A DNA stretch of 64,000 nucleotides from Phoronis australis (GCA_002633005.1 NMRA01000146.1:555981-619980), one strand, 5' to 3'. Counted from the stretch's first letter, positions 47,623 through 62,160 are shown. Notes: generated by a model from the letters alone, not told the origin. Program-made: numbers and translations.

Positions 47623-48859
47623 TTAACTTGAGATGATTACCAAAGTAATCGCGTAATAATTAATGCGAACACAAAAAAGGATTTGGTCTTTTGGACAATT
47701 GAAGACTATTTTAAATACAACAAATTTGTTACGAACTGATTGCACAAAATATAAACAGTGTGATAAGCATTACAAAAAGAAGTAGGTTTCGCGCGCAAAC
47801 GCTGTGGACCATAAACAAGTAGGTCTTCTAGTAACTAAATGCTAGTGAAATTGTGGTGGTGCAGTGGTAAAGTTCGCGCAATGTATACGCCAGGTTCGAG
47901 TCTGTGGTGAATACAGTTTTCATGTTTGATACGTTGACCCTGTTCTTTTTTTCTTCGCCTTTTTTTCTTCGATAATACTTCAGGAATCAAGGAAAATGCT
48001 TGATTTTTAGAGGAAAAACACATAAAAAATTCTTGGGCGGTGCTATGCGCATCTACAATCGTGGTTTGCGCAAATGTTTACAGACAAAATGTTGCCCCCC
48101 CTTGTGATATCCTAGATCCGCCACTGTCCTAAAAGGAGCTAGATTATCATTTGAGGTACCACAGTTAACAATTCCAATAGATGCTACTGGTTACTAAATG
48201 CCCTATGGCAAATAACACCCACTTTAGGTTGTGCTCGCCAGCCCCATACATCTCAGTCGCGTAATTGTGAAAATCTGTGACTTATTAGATAATGAAGATA
48301 CCGGTTAAAGCTTGGTTGAGTTTCGTAGAATAAAGGATTTCAATAAGGAAGGTGTTGATCACGTGCTTCGGTTCTAGGCGAATTCCTGTATTTCCGTAAT
48401 ACATTTGCGTCTACTGAGCTCTCACACTGACTGTCAAATTGATGATGGCGGAAAGGAAGCATTTTGGAAAGTATCTGACAACAGTAAAATTTTGGGATAC
48501 CAAAAACTGTCTAAAACCAACTCATTAAGTGATGTTTAAGACGGCAGCTAAAGTAGTATAATGAGCTATCGAAACTGCCAGCTGGAAATATACGTCAGCG
48601 GCATCACATGTCCCTTAAATTTGCGCTAGATCGAGGAACCACGAAACTGATTTCCACTGAGCCCTTTCATTCCATTGGCTACTCAACAATACCTTGAAAG
48701 AAAAGCAACAGATGTGTTTTAAAAAATATTTTTAATCAAAATAAGCTAGAAGTAAAAAGTCTTTCAAATAGCAACCCATAAACTTATAACAACGTATAAC
48801 AGACACTTTAAATCACTGTTTCGACGAGAACATCACCCTTCTATATGTTTAATGTCATA

Positions 48860-51000
48860 GTAGTTTCCTGTTAGTTTTCATGCGTTTCAATATCAGATTC
48901 GTCACTGCAACGCCAGCTTGACTCGGGATCGCTTGTTTCGTCATTGTCCATTTCCTCTACCTTTTGATCGGCTTGATTTTCTGGTAAAAGACCAGCACCT
49001 TCAAAAAGGAACGGCAGTTCCACAAAACCATTCGGGAGTATAGTATCCATTTTTCATCTTCCAACTGTATTTTAGAGGATCCAAACCGTTTCCAAGAACG
49101 GCCCAATTCGCTTGACCCCAGAGCATGGCAGCATAATGGGTTCGTTTGAGCATGTCCAATAGTGTATTTCAGCACGGAGAAAGCAATGGGCGGTCGATCT
49201 TCTTGATTTTGGAGAAAATTTAATTGACGAAGGACCAATTCTCTAACAGCTGACGAACAAAAACACAGAGCCTCAACACCACTTACAGTCTTTTAAGTAT
49301 TAACTGGGCCTTTTGGTTTAATACGATGAAAACATTTGAAATTATTTTCGTTGCTTTTACCAACTATATTTTATCAATCACAGATATTACCTTGATTATT
49401 TTCCGGGCATCTCGATTAATTTCATATGTTTCGCTTTATTGACATCTTTCATATAGGCGGATTTAGGGGACCCCAGGGGGCCCGGCCCCACCCCCCCCCT
49501 CCTTGGCTGCCGCAAGCAAAATGAAACACCAACAGCGCGAAGCATGAGGAAATATTGAGCTCAGTAACTAGGACCGGTCCTCCGCGACCTGGGGTCTGAG
49601 CCCCTCCCCTTCAACCGTGTTCCTTATCTTAGTCCAACGATAGGGTTCCTGAACAGAAGGATCACCTCCCCCGGCCCCAGAACTTGAGCCGCCTGTGCAG
49701 ATACAATCGTGCTTTGCCCAATTCCCCGGAGCAACGTGTTGCCCCCCCCCCTTATGGTATCCTAGATCTAACTCTGAGAAAAACCGGATAAGTGTCCCAG
49801 GAGTGTCCGTCATCAGAATTTTTAGAAGCCTCACTTTCACTTCCCTATACAGTGCTGCTGTGACCTCACATCCCGTCATTTCACGCAGGCCAGGCACTGC
49901 TGCAGCGAGACAATGTTAAATAGAGTCTTAAGTCTGAACAATAGCGATAACGTCTATACATTTACGTCTACGGTTATTACAAGATCCACAGCTCATTAGT
50001 GCACGCTGGAAAGCCATTTCTCTGCCGCGTTTCACTGTCTTACTGTCATTCCTAAGACAGCTACAATAACATACGTGGCAGAAGTGGAAGGCAAGAAGCG
50101 TGCTGGCTTCCTCGTGGGAGCCTTGAAGATCCGGTGGATGATCAGCCGCCATAGTACTACTGTACGAAACTCGAATCCAGTTGCCGCCAGGTGAGACAAC
50201 AAGTGTTTTTCCCTTAGAATTTTTGCTATTCTTGTAGGGGGAAGGTTGCCAAACTGTTCTTAAATGTCCCGTTCTGCAACAATTTTGACTAGTCTATCTG
50301 GATATTTGCTCTAGGCCATTGATGGCGAAATGTTGGTCTTCTGGTCCACTCAGTTCCGCTCGCTACTCTTCAGAGAGTGCGTTTTTATGAAATAAGACAT
50401 GGGCCTCCTTACTTGAGCTTGCAGAGACGAGCAGTAGGCTTGAAGGTTTCGGGCCAGATTTCCATACGATACGATGTTTCCACTGGAAGACAGAAATGTG
50501 TACAGCGAGAGTCCCCCATCTGTGAATGTCTCGTCCATCAACAAAATGAGTTTTCCCAAGAAGCCTCCGTGGAAACCCTCAAATTTACCTAGCAACTTGC
50601 TTTTTTCTAAACTTGATCATGGGCCTGTCATAGAGCGCAATGGGCGATGGGTAATGCATAATTGGAAACGTCAGCACATATCTCAAGTCAAAAACTGACA
50701 CATCCGAAAAGATAACGAGTAAACGAATGAAAACGTCTCGAAGGCTCTCAGTTGCTGACTTGTCCTAGAAAGAGGCTGCTTATTGTTTATACTTACTTTA
50801 AGGAAGTTGAACACTTTTTGTCTTCTCGTGGGCTTCAAAAAACCCGTCTTATCAGTTGAACACTGGTCTTGGAATTCCAATCGCATTTTGCGTCCAACAT
50901 CAAGGCACTCTGTTAAATACTCTTTGGTTTCTGATGCGGCTGCTTTACCAGTTGCATTATTCAGCAAATAGTCGGATGTTGCTGAAGGCTCATTCTTGGG
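48860..51000 (-). pseudogene. Academ-type transposase C-terminal remnant
   Basis: LLNNATGKAAASETKEYL...FLKPTRRQKVFNF, SLKSSER, SHEEASTLLAFH (cf. HEEADT), PGL...TGCEVTAALYR.VKVR (cf. PGLHAFTGCD), LSPC...KRTHYAAMLW...DPLKYSW...PEWF, then an acidic tail. Confidence 0.78.
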
Positions 51001-51905
51001 TAGGTATCCTTTTGCTTTCTGCTAGACCCATTCCAGAGTGGAGTCTGTCTGTCTTGGGTCATCCGGTGTTCAGTGCGGTACTATTGTTCGTTTTACATCA
51101 GATTTAGCCGGTACCTCGGAAATCTAGTCTAGTTTAAATTTTTGATAACATACTGTGGTTGAGATTTTTGGGGGTTTCTGCCGGGCACATTCCAGAGTGT
51201 CTGTCATAGGGCATTTAGTGGCCAGTAACATGTATTGAATCATATGGAATTGTTTTTGTGTTACTTTGAATGTGTGTGCTAGGTCATTTTTGGGAGCCCT
51301 TTTTGGGTTTCAACCGGGCCCATTCTAGAGTGCAATTTGTCTACCATGGGTCATTTGGTGTTCAGTGTCGTACAATTGTTCGTTTAAATCGGTTTTGGCG
51401 GGTACCTCGAATACATAATCCAGCTCAATTTTTATTGGCATACCCTGGTTGAGATTTGTGGGGTGTATGCCGGGCACATTCCAGAGGGCATTTTGTCTGG
51501 CATATGGTATTTAGTGACCAGTGACATGTATTGAGTCACAGGAATTGGTTTTTTGTATGTCCTAGCTCATTTTTGGGGAGTCCTTTTTTTGGTTTTTTGC
51601 CGGACCCATTCCAGAGTGCAATTCGTCTCTCACGGGTTATTCGGTATTCAGTGCGGTACTATTGTTCGTTTTAAATCTGTTTTGGCCGGTACATGCACCT
51701 TGAATAATCTAGTCTAGCTCAGTTATACCCCTTTGTAAGGCCCACAGGGGTCACACCCAGAGTGCAGACAACGGCGGACCTCCATTTTTTACGTACTCAG
51801 GTAGACTCTAAATGCTGTCGTGGACCCTCGTTCACCTTTGCTACTGTAAGTGCTCTGGCTGCCGGTCTGTGATAACTCTTATTGCATTTCTTCATTCGAC
51901 TGGAG

Positions 51906-51977
51906 GTCCCGTCAGTTCAGTTGACTAGAGAATCACGGTTAACAGAAGGTCCTGGGTTTGAGTCCCGCTTGCAGGGC
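51906..51977 (+). pseudogene. Degenerate tRNA-derived sequence (pseudo-tRNA or SINE head)
   Basis: A-box-like agttcagttga, B-box-like gggtttgagtccc and imperfect acceptor-stem pairing gtcccgt/gcagggc. Confidence 0.5.
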
Positions 51978-52189
51978 TTAAATCTTTTCAGATTATGATC
52001 ATGAGGTCACGTGATGCGGCCACAGGTGGAGTGCTGACCAGACCTAAAAATGTTTGCAATATATATTTCCACACCGTTTTTAATATTCCGATGTTGGAAC
52101 ACAAAATCAAGGAAATGTCTTACCATATTTTTTGGCTAGCGTGCTCAAACATGCTGTAATCCAGAATACGAGTTGAAGACCTGTTGGAA

Positions 52190-52366
52190 GAAACGTAATT
52201 ACTTTTATACCACAATATTAGCCTCGAATGACAGATACAACCGTGTAATAACCCATAAAGTTGTCTCACTAGTGAGATAACATTTTGGCGGGAAACCGAG
52301 GCCGGATTCGAACCCGGGCCTCAACAGTTGCGAGTAGCCGACTTTACCAATACAACACTCAGCGGC
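52190..52366 (-). mobile_element. tRNA-derived SINE fragment
   Basis: The minus strand reads gccgctgagtgttgtattggtaaag...gggttcgaatccgg (A and B boxes). It does not fold into a canonical cloverleaf. Confidence 0.55.
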
Positions 52367-53992
52367 TGACGTCATCGAACGTGAAAATAGATACTTAAAT
52401 GAGCACGCGCAACAATCGCATGTTCAGCAAAGGGTACTGTACCGACAATTATACGCTATGAAAAATAAGACGTATAATTTCCATAAAAACGACATTTTAA
52501 TTCAGTGAAATTTCTCTCTCATGCTCTCTCAAATGTAAATCACCGATCTCCAATTTGAATGCAGGTGTCGTGTGGTCGGGATCCTTTGACTTGAGCATTG
52601 TAGTCAGTTACTAGTGGTAACCTACTTTAGCACACGATATATTCCCGGTCGAAGCTTAGCGTGCTAAAATGTGTAGTAAGCTATAGCAGTTGCTAAACCT
52701 TAATTTATAGATTCACTTTAATTCTATTTTGTTTTATTTTTAAATTGGTTTTGAGTAAAGCCTTATTTTACAAAAATATCTCGGCTTTTCTTAAAAGGTC
52801 ACGACCTCCGACCCTGGCGTCTGACATAGAAAGTAGTTACAAAGCCGAGGCGAGTCGAGAAAGGTAGATCGATTCATTGCAATGTTTCTCGTTCAGAATG
52901 AGGGCGATAATTCTCCAAAATCCACTCGGGCTCTAGATAACGGGGGATAACGACTTCGCCATGTAACAATCTATATATATTCACTGCTAACTTTTAGGAT
53001 AACGACAGTATCGCTGGTTCTTTTTATTAATCATATTCACATGGCTTTAATGTATGTGCAGTGCACTGCGTTTTTCGCAACTGCTGTTTCAACCACAATA
53101 ACATAGAACAACAGTTGTAACAATTGTTTGACAAAACGAGTGCGCTCGTCAACAAGTAGCGTAGAATAACATGAGCCCAAATTAATGTACCTCTCGTTGC
53201 ATACCTCGCGCTCGTACTTGAGAGAATTCTGATACCTCGCATATTACATTTTGATGACCATCTAGTACTATATGTACAGGGGTGGATCCAGGATTTTGAG
53301 TTGGGGAAGCCAGGGCACAGTATTAGACAGAATTTTGCTCAACACACATTCTCACTACGGAATTGCCAATTGGAATATGGGAGAATTTTAAGGGGTCCAT
53401 GGGCCATTAGCTCTCCACTGATGTTCATTGCGAAAGTGCCGTTTTTTATCTTTATCTTTATCTTTACCCATAGAGCAAATTGCTAACAGCGGTCTAAGGT
53501 TCTTCTATCTGTCGATTCTGGTCAATGCGATTTTTATACTGCCTCACTTCGTAGTTTGTTTGTGTCCCATGTTTTGATGCAGCTATGCTTGTCACAGCTC
53601 CTTCGGTGTTTCAAGTTTGGGGCCGAACATCTGCCTCATTGTTTTCTGACAAACATATAAAGATCACGCTTAATCCCCCCTTTCGGGACCAAACGTTCCG
53701 TTTCAGTGATTAAAAACTCCCCAAGGTAAAAATTTACTTATACTTCACCTACATCCCTGGCTTCATGAGGAAGCCCACATTTCACAAGTATGCATGTCCT
53801 GTGTTTGCAGCCTTAATGTGGAGAACATAGTCTGGGTTAGGTTGATCACATAGCATTGCGCAACGGAAATCGTAAGAGTCTAGAGTTTACACCTCTACAC
53901 TTTAGGTTAATTCACTTTCAAAAATATATTTTCATGTTGCCTATTCAAACCAGTCCAGTTGGAATTTGAGTCAAATGACCCGTCGAACCTCG

Positions 53993-54900
53993 TTTTTTAA
54001 TGTTTACTACGAAATCTTCAGAATACAATGAATATACCCAGAAAGCGCCAAGAGGCATTAGATCTGGGTAAAAATACAAAGAAGTCTATTTACAATGATT
54101 ATATACGAATATATAAATAAAAAAACTGATGTTAAGAATACAATGATATGTGATAACGAATGAAAATAATTCATTTTCATACAGATTTATGAAATTTTAT
54201 CCACTCACACAAAGAGATTTAATGTTATAAAGAAATTCTGATACTATTTCAAATAAAACCTTATTTTCGTTTGAGTTAAGTTCTTGACATCCATATAGAA
54301 AGAAATTAATTTTGTTGTACAATTGCGGAATTTCAGAATATTTTTATAAACATTTGGGTATTGTTCGAGTGACTGGAAGAGCTGCACGCTCTCCTCCTTG
54401 CATACCTCACAAGCAAAGAAAACATGAGGATATGTCTGGGTATCTCCACAGGAACACAGAGGCGAAATATTATTAAAATCATATCTAAATTTCTCGTTGT
54501 TTAGGAATAGACCACATCTTGATCTGTATAGGGTTATTTCTTGGTTGCCGGGAAGTTGGAATGATGTCAATGGGACTGGCAAGTCTGGAGTAGTGGTTTG
54601 CATTTTAAAGTTATTTTTGAGAGTGGCGATTGAAGTGCTTTCTTTTATTTTGAATGGTAAGGAACCTCAAATCTACATGTATGAATCAATTGGGAAAAAC
54701 TATGATTTACGTTATTCTTCCATGTCCCTTTTGGGTGTCGTTTTAACGTATGCTATTTTGTTGACTACCTCAGAACGTTACTCGGCAATTAGTGGTTGGT
54801 CTAAACACTTAACTGCCCTTCAATACAGCCGAACACCAAAATTAACACTTTCTCTAACGCTAGACAGCACATATCTAACGCTTTTGTTTTTGTCGCTGTC
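53993..54900 (-). mobile_element. CR1/L2-group LINE 3' fragment
   Basis: FFP...SLPFKIKESTSIATLK, RCGLFLNNEKFRY...SPLCSCGDTQTYPHVFFAC, a 3' UTR stem-loop (acccaga...tctgggt) and an A-rich end. Confidence 0.7.
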
Positions 54901-55426
54901 ATTGGTAAGCTTCTCTGCATTTTATTTGTGTTAGAGTCTGAATGAAATGTACGCTTCCAGACAGAAGAAGGTGGAAGTGACTTATTGTCTATGGTGGCCC
55001 GAGTTGAGCAGTTACAGGAGCCAGCGGCGCGGGGTGCGCTCCTAAGATTACCAGTGAGTGTTAGACGGCGATTTGGAAGCAGCAAAAAACGTCAAGTTTG
55101 GCAAAGGATAACGGAGCTCGTGAGGGGCTTCGACTGAATGGAGACATTGGCAGTGACGGGGAAATTTCAACCTCACCTGAAAAAGCTCCTCGCAGAAGGC
55201 ACACGCATCTATTCCATCCAATGAGCGGAGCCTTGTTCCATTAAAATGTTCTGTTGTTTCCTCGAACAATTTCATTTTCCTTATTACCGTCGTGAAAAGT
55301 TGACAGTGCCCAATTAATAGAGCACAGATGGCTAATTGTGGAGGCCTGCCCCTCCAAAAAGGGCCCCTTGTAGAGTGGAACCTTACTATGAAAGGCATCG
55401 TGCAAAAGTATTGCACTACATATATG

Positions 55427-55900
55427 TGTCAGGACAAAATTGACTCTGTTGTTCGTTTAACTCTTTTGTTCTATCGTCCTGTTTGCGTAACACCAGATAG
55501 CACTTGATTGACATGAGTCATGATGTCATTACAGTGATAATGTATTCTTTACAGTGGTAAGGTAGGGAAAACTTTAGAAGATTGCACACGAGAGGGCGCT
55601 AGCAGCACTGAAAGCTGAGAGAAATCCTTTAGGAACAACTGGTGTGGTGAAGGCGCAGCTTCCCAAGTTTGACGAAAAGCGGGACGATATGGCTGATGAA
55701 CTAGATATGCTACACTAAAAAGAGCCTTGATGAAGCGAAATGAGCTGACTGAGGAGGGCTTCCGCTAGCAGTTCCGGGAAGCGAGGGCTGTGAGGAGAGA
55801 GACAGCTTACAAGTTTGTGGCCCGCATACAGCACTATTTATACAGGTGGATCGACATGGCAAAGACTTGTGATCGACATGTGAGCAGTACATGAACACCT
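55427..55900 (+). mobile_element. Gypsy LTR/gag fragment
   Basis: TGTCAGGA start; gag-like AQLPKFDEKRDDM, TLKRALMKRNELTEEG and YRWIDMAK. Confidence 0.55.
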
Positions 55901-58900
55901 GTACTAAGGACTTAGCCTTTTCCTGTAAGTGCGGACACCCAAGTATGTTCCAGAGATGGTTTGCTTGGCAGAGACATATTGAGGCCCATTGAGTGGGCAC
56001 AACATGCACTCAGTCGCTTAAAAAAGTCTCGAGGTGGTATATGTTAGACGGTTTCAAGAATAACCTTGGTCTTAGAGTGCCAAACAGTTTGTGTACCATT
56101 GTAATTTCATTCAAGTGCAAAGATCCTGGTATGGCTGTAAAATGTTTCACTAGTGCAAGTAAATTGGACTGTTTTATCTCTCCAAGTCTGCGCTTTTTTG
56201 CGGTTCTAGGGTCTCAGACAAACGATTTTGAATTTGTCACTTTAGGGACATTAGATTGTGAAAAGTATTAACGAAACTTGTTCTTCAGCAGTTCGCAGTG
56301 ATAATAGTTTTATCATAGTCGGATTTCGGTCTTAATTTTGGTCTTGAGAAATTTCATGAAAGGAGGCTGAGACATTTTTATCTTAAGATAGCTCAAGTTC
56401 GACTCCGGTGGCCGTTAGTGGTTCATGTTGACGTAGGATTCACGATTAGGTGACGAGCAGAACTACCAGAGAGCTGTGAAATTTCGAGGCCTGTTGGCAG
56501 TTGCACGTAGCTGTATTTGACGTTAGTCTTCACTGATTCATGTCGTTGGTTGTGCCCGGTTGCATCCAACAGTCCCAAATAGCGATTCTGTCATTTTAAA
56601 TGTATATTTATTATCTCTTTTTCTGACATGTTCAGGGGTGCATCAAGAGAGGTCGGATCAGGAGATTTTTTTAGAAAAGACGGTCCAAGTCAATAATTTT
56701 AAGATTTGATATTACTAAATTCACTTCCCCTGACCCCCCCCCCCCTCCTTGGATCTGCCTATAATTTTCTAATGATGTAACTATTTCAGTAAAATGATTT
56801 GAGACTTACTCCGTAAGTTAGTGGCGTTGTATGAAAAGATCCCTACTTATTTCCTATAAAATTGAGAATTTCAAGAAGACTTCAGTATCGATTTGTACTG
56901 CATCAATGACAAAACTGATTTAGTAATGAGATTGAAACACCATGAAAACGGACAGTCAGTGTTTTCACAAGCCTACAAATTCCCAGCAGATTTAGGGAAC
57001 TTTGCTGAGTCCCTATTTGGGACAGTTTCATGCAACCGGTCACTGGATACCCGTGGCTTAGGAAGAGAGGAACAATAACACAAAGAATGTGACGAATAAG
57101 GATATAAGCATAAAAACAAGGAAAGAAAAAGAAATCTGCACTAACCAAAGTAAATACGGTAAAGAATAAATATCCAAATACTCCTATGTAACTGATTGTA
57201 TAAAATTCCTCTGGAGAAAAACAAGAATAGAACTCCAGACTATGACATACGGTTGAATTCACACCTCTGTTGTTCTATCGTGCATGATTGCAATTGTGAG
57301 TTGGGGCCAGTAACTTACACGTCGAGTAGCCATTAGAAACTTTTAGGAAGTTAAGTGACCGTTCTCTCGACTTGCTTGACCCGACACCTTTTATCTCACT
57401 CTTTAATTTCGGCATCCAATTGGTGTTTTTACACCGCTCTTTTGGTCCTTCTTCTGAATCGACGATTCATTAAAATGTGTTACTCAGCTTCACGATTACC
57501 ACGTGAAATTACCTAATGTATATCCGGGATTGGTTTGCAGAGTATGATCACATAACACGCTACATGTTTCGCGTGCATTAGAGGATGAGATCAGCGACAC
57601 TGAATTCAACATGTATGAATAAAATACGAAAAGAATTTTATTTTAGACAACACTAAAACCTAGCCGATACTCAGCTCTTGAGTAGATCTGAAAGTCCACA
57701 GGAAGGCTTTTCACCACTTGGAGAAGCGGATACAAACAAAAGAACGGGAGGGAAATTCTCGTTGAGTGTGTTGGCACTAAGCAAATCAGATTCTCTTAGC
57801 ACGTTTAGATAACCGCAAACAGCCTTACCGGTTACGTTTCGCCTGTTTGTACCTCCCTTTAACGCCAACGAATCAAACGGTCTGCCATCTTTCATCCTTA
57901 ATTTTGACTTAATGACGTCATGTAGCGACTGGCATGCCATCCTATGAGCCCATGGAAGCTTTGGTTCATGAGTTTACCGGTAGTTTAAAAATTGCAAAAA
58001 GCGGAGTGACGACAGGTGCTTGAGTTTATCTGTTCTCGCTCACTGTTGACGAATATCACTACTAATAAAGCATAAAGGTTGGAAACAAAAAAATGAGTTT
58101 CCTCGGAATTCTCTACTGAAATGTGCATGGAACTCTACGAAATCGGCCTCGAAAAAATCTTCGAATACCTTTTTCACTTCATCACATTTAATTGACGGAT
58201 AAATGTCAAGAAACGCAAAAATCATAAGTTCAAATACCTTACATTGTGACGTTCATGGCGAACGATCTTCGCTACATCCGAGTTTTCACGGACGCTCGCG
58301 AAGCAATTCCGAAACTCTGTTATCGCATGCCCACGAATGTTTTTTTGAGTTTCCTTCACATAATTAAGTGTCAGTTTGAATGCTGACCTAGTACCACACG
58401 TTGTTAACCCGCGTTAGACTATTAGAACATGTTATAACAGAGCCACCAGCACTTACAAGGTAATCCTAATGAAATCCGAGGGCGAAAATTTCATAAAAAT
58501 CCTCGCTTGTCACGAAATGGAGCCGAGTGATACTCCGCCATTTTAGATTTGTTGCTAAGTTGGAAGTGGGATTCATTAACGAACGATTGAATACAATGTT
58601 GACTATGGCGACTGGGCTAAGTGGTTACCGGGAAACAATATAAACATAACAACGAACTTGCAATATCAAAATAATTGAGTAAATTTGTTATAAAACTAGA
58701 ATATCCTGACGATCGAACTTGCGAAAATATCGAAAATAGATTTTGTCAAGGAAAACTAAGATACCGCTGGATTTTGTCGAAGTTATAAGACAGATGACGA
58801 CCAACAACGAACGACAGAATACCAACTGGTGGCGAAATACCTCAGAAAAAGAAATTTTGGTTTGATGCCAAGTAGTATAATGCAAATACTAATTAAATGA

Positions 58901-61900
58901 GTTTCAAGTAAAAGGAAGAAATCCCATTGGGACTGAAGCATTAGTTCGTAAAAGCCACTACCCGGAAAAGCACAATCTGGCCTGCGCAGATATCTGTGCT
59001 CCGCAGTGCAAGATGAACACATTAGTTAGCTCCGCAGGCCTTGAATAGCTAAAATTCATGTGGCAAAGAGACTAAACAAAACTCTGTCATGCTCTTAACT
59101 CTAAAACATTTTCCCATCGCCAAATATTCAGCCCATAGACTGCAGTTCACTACATTCACCCTTTTGCGTTTTCAATCGCTGAATTTGTATGTTTAGATAA
59201 TGGAGGTATACATGTGGATTGTAGTGTTTTGACGTTATGAATTTTCTGATAATTGAAAATCACATTCAAATTAGAAAGTGATTCAACCAGCGAAGTGACA
59301 TGGCAACTGTCAAGCACAGATAAGGAGAGACTGATAGTTTACTATTTCAAAGCCTGGACACAGTCATGTGCAATCAACAGAAACTCAATGCCACAGTGAA
59401 GCCACGTTCAACAATCAAACCTCACTGAGGAGCCACAAACGGCAGGTGCATTATGGGAAGTTCCCACCCCAGTACCTGGAATGCGAGATGGGTTTTAACA
59501 GCAAGCAGGATTAGGAGGACTACAGCATGCAATTAATGGAACACCAAAACTATTGTGTAGCCGGTAAAGGGCACTGATACGCCGTAAAATGTAACACTTT
59601 TGTGAAATGTAACAAGCTGTTACAAATATGTAACTGTTACAATTTACGTCGATTGCGCATGAGAGAATTGTAACGTTGTAACATGTTACGAAAGTGACGT
59701 CATATTTCATGAGTTTTCCTGGTATTTGTCACACATAGGAATATGGTTCACATAATTAACGACTTCTTTGTCGGATTGTTTGAATGAAATTCTGTCAAAT
59801 GTGCCAGCCCGACTTTATAAGTGTGTCCCTGTTTGCTCTGCGTTGTTTTTCTAACATGAATAAGTCCTTAGTATAATAGAGATGTACGTACCCTGTACAG
59901 TTTCAACTCTACACGAAAGGAGTTTCCAGGATCAGGTAACGAGTTTGTTATTGTTAAAGCGCTCTTGCAATCTTGTTGAAGCTCATACATGTAGGTCATA
60001 AACCATTTATGTATCCAGCATTTTAGTAAGCACAACCAAAACAGTGGCATCGTATTTTGGCTAGTATTGATGGTATTTCTTCTGGAAAAAACGACCCCAG
60101 CAAAACTTTCACGGAGAATTCAATGTTGAAGGCCAATTGGATAGCAAAATATCACGTTTTAGTCCTACTAGTTATATCACAAACAATACTGTGCTTGCCG
60201 ACAGCTCAGTAATAATCAGTTTTTGAAGTTGGCACAAGGTTTCAAATCTCAACATCCTCGATACCAAAAAGTTGATTGAATCTAGGAATCTGCTTTTGAA
60301 AAAGCACTCGCTGTCCATTATGAGAAGCCCGGTGAAAACATTGAATCATGTAGGAGTTGATTTTAATTAAAATCTTTGAGGACCATGATGTATTAGCACT
60401 TTACTAAGCATACATTGTGTATATTGCACTTAGTCCTCATTAAATAAATTGAACATGTCGTGAACACATCCACTAAAACAAGAAACTGTAGGGACACCGC
60501 ATTTATCCACCTTCACTCTTATCAGGCTTCTATTGTGAGTCAGCATGCGTGAATAATTGGCTGATAAGCCACCTCTGGAACTACTTTTGGTTGAACGGAT
60601 GACCAGGCCATAAAATGATAATTAGCCAAGACCAGTTACTATAATGCAAAAAAGAATAATGTCTTGCATCACCTAGCCTTGGTGGAAAGCTGTATACTGT
60701 ATTGGCTCAAACAAAGGCTTAGAAAAATTCATTTCACGGGCAGGGGACGCTTATTGTAGTGAGCCTACGGCAGTTGAAACCCTGTTTCCCAAACGGGTAA
60801 AATCGGAAGCTAGGATTCATCAAGGTTTACGCTCTGTGACGTAGTTGTAGCCTATGACAGCCTTTCTACAAAATTGTGGTGCATTGCTATCAACTTCCGT
60901 TGTTAAATTACAATAATTTTTCAAAAAGTTGTGCACAGACCTGAAATCTTCCTTATGCTTTACAATTTTTAAAGTTCATGTGGAGTCCAGATTAATTGCG
61001 ATTAAGTCCAAATCTGCGCTACATCGTACCCCACTACACGAGAAAAATCTCTGGATGAATACGCATGTTGTTGTCACGTGACGTTTGTTTTGAAGTTCGT
61101 CTGCGTATGAGAGTGAGTGAGCGTGCGTGTGCGGGTCATCGACGACAAACTTTTTTGTTACAAAAGGCGAAAGATTATGCAAGAAAATGGCGTTTACTAG
61201 ATTGTTTTTCACTTACACGGCTGCAACATGCTAGGTGAGTGCTGGTTAGCTCACAGATTTTGTGTGCACAGGCCGATTGTCGTTAGCTCTGCCGTGGAGT
61301 ATTAATAGTCCAAGGCTCGATCTACATGTTGGGGACGAGGTGAACTACCAGGCTGTGTGAAATTTCTGGGTCTAACGGAGACACTGACGCAGTGGTCAGC
61401 CAGTTCGCTGTATCAAGACTATAGTCAAAATCCAAATTCGTTTGATCGTGTCCCTGTCAATAATAACGGCGTGCTAAAGCCTTCTTAATTTTCGTACTTC
61501 AGGAACATAACAATCACGTGTTTTGTACACATACGCGCACGCCGCAGATCACATCTCGGAAATTGCCGATTTGACGGATGACAATGAATGAACACAATGA
61601 AATTAACAACGTCGTTTTACAGCTTGTAAGATTCATAATCAACGTACGTATTTTGAATATTGCAATGCATGTGTTCCAAAATCTAAATTAACTTGGGTCC
61701 TATATTTTTGTATTAGTGCGCGCCGAATGAAAGTAATCGTGAGTGTTGCTGTGTTGCAAAATCTCTTATCCTGGGCCGATTTAAAAAATTCAAATTTGTA
61801 GTCATATTTGTTTCCGATCCTCTTTTCAAATATTACAGTAAAAACTACGTAAAACTCTCTCCATAAAAAGTACAGTCTGCTAGCTAGATTGTAATCAGCT

Positions 61901-62104
61901 GATCATATCCGCATGAGCGAAGCCAGTTATCCTCGCTCGTGTCTCGATGAATAGAGCAGCTTGGCGGCATCCCTTTGATCGTGAGCCGAGTGCGACTCAG
62001 CCAAGGCGGATAAATACGGTCTAGTTCAATTTTTCATACCCCACCGTTTACCTTAACCACTGGAGTTAGGACCAATCTTATTTAGTGGGAATGTTCATAG
62101 CATG

Positions 62105-62160
62105 ACAATAATAACAATAATAATGATAAGGATAATGATAGTGGTAGCGATTGTAATAAT
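62105..62160. repeat. Imperfect (AAT/GAT)n microsatellite
   Basis: acaataataacaataataatgataaggataatgatagt... Confidence 0.8.

Larger units (their letters stand above)
40690..51869 (-). mobile_element. Academ-like DNA transposon (internally deleted) with long tandem-repeat TIRs and nested insertions
   Basis: Inverted ends tagactggca-ccagagcacttaca / tgtaagtgctctggctgccggtctg. The left arm (40690-40758 plus 41934-42800) is the reverse complement of the right arm (about 51030-51869). Transposase remnant at 48860-51000. Confidence 0.8.

Noticed and set aside
51906-52366. Functional tRNA genes (also the A/B-box-like sequence at 47853-47902)
   Set aside because: Stems are broken or incomplete; better explained as SINE heads or pseudo-tRNAs.
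53750-53880. PAN-like pseudo-exon (FRCAMLCD)
   Set aside because: Only a C-x3-C motif, followed by an in-frame stop after about 32 codons.
57300-58700. Decayed transposase-like coding region on the minus strand
   Set aside because: Composition looks coding-like, but I could not identify diagnostic motifs.
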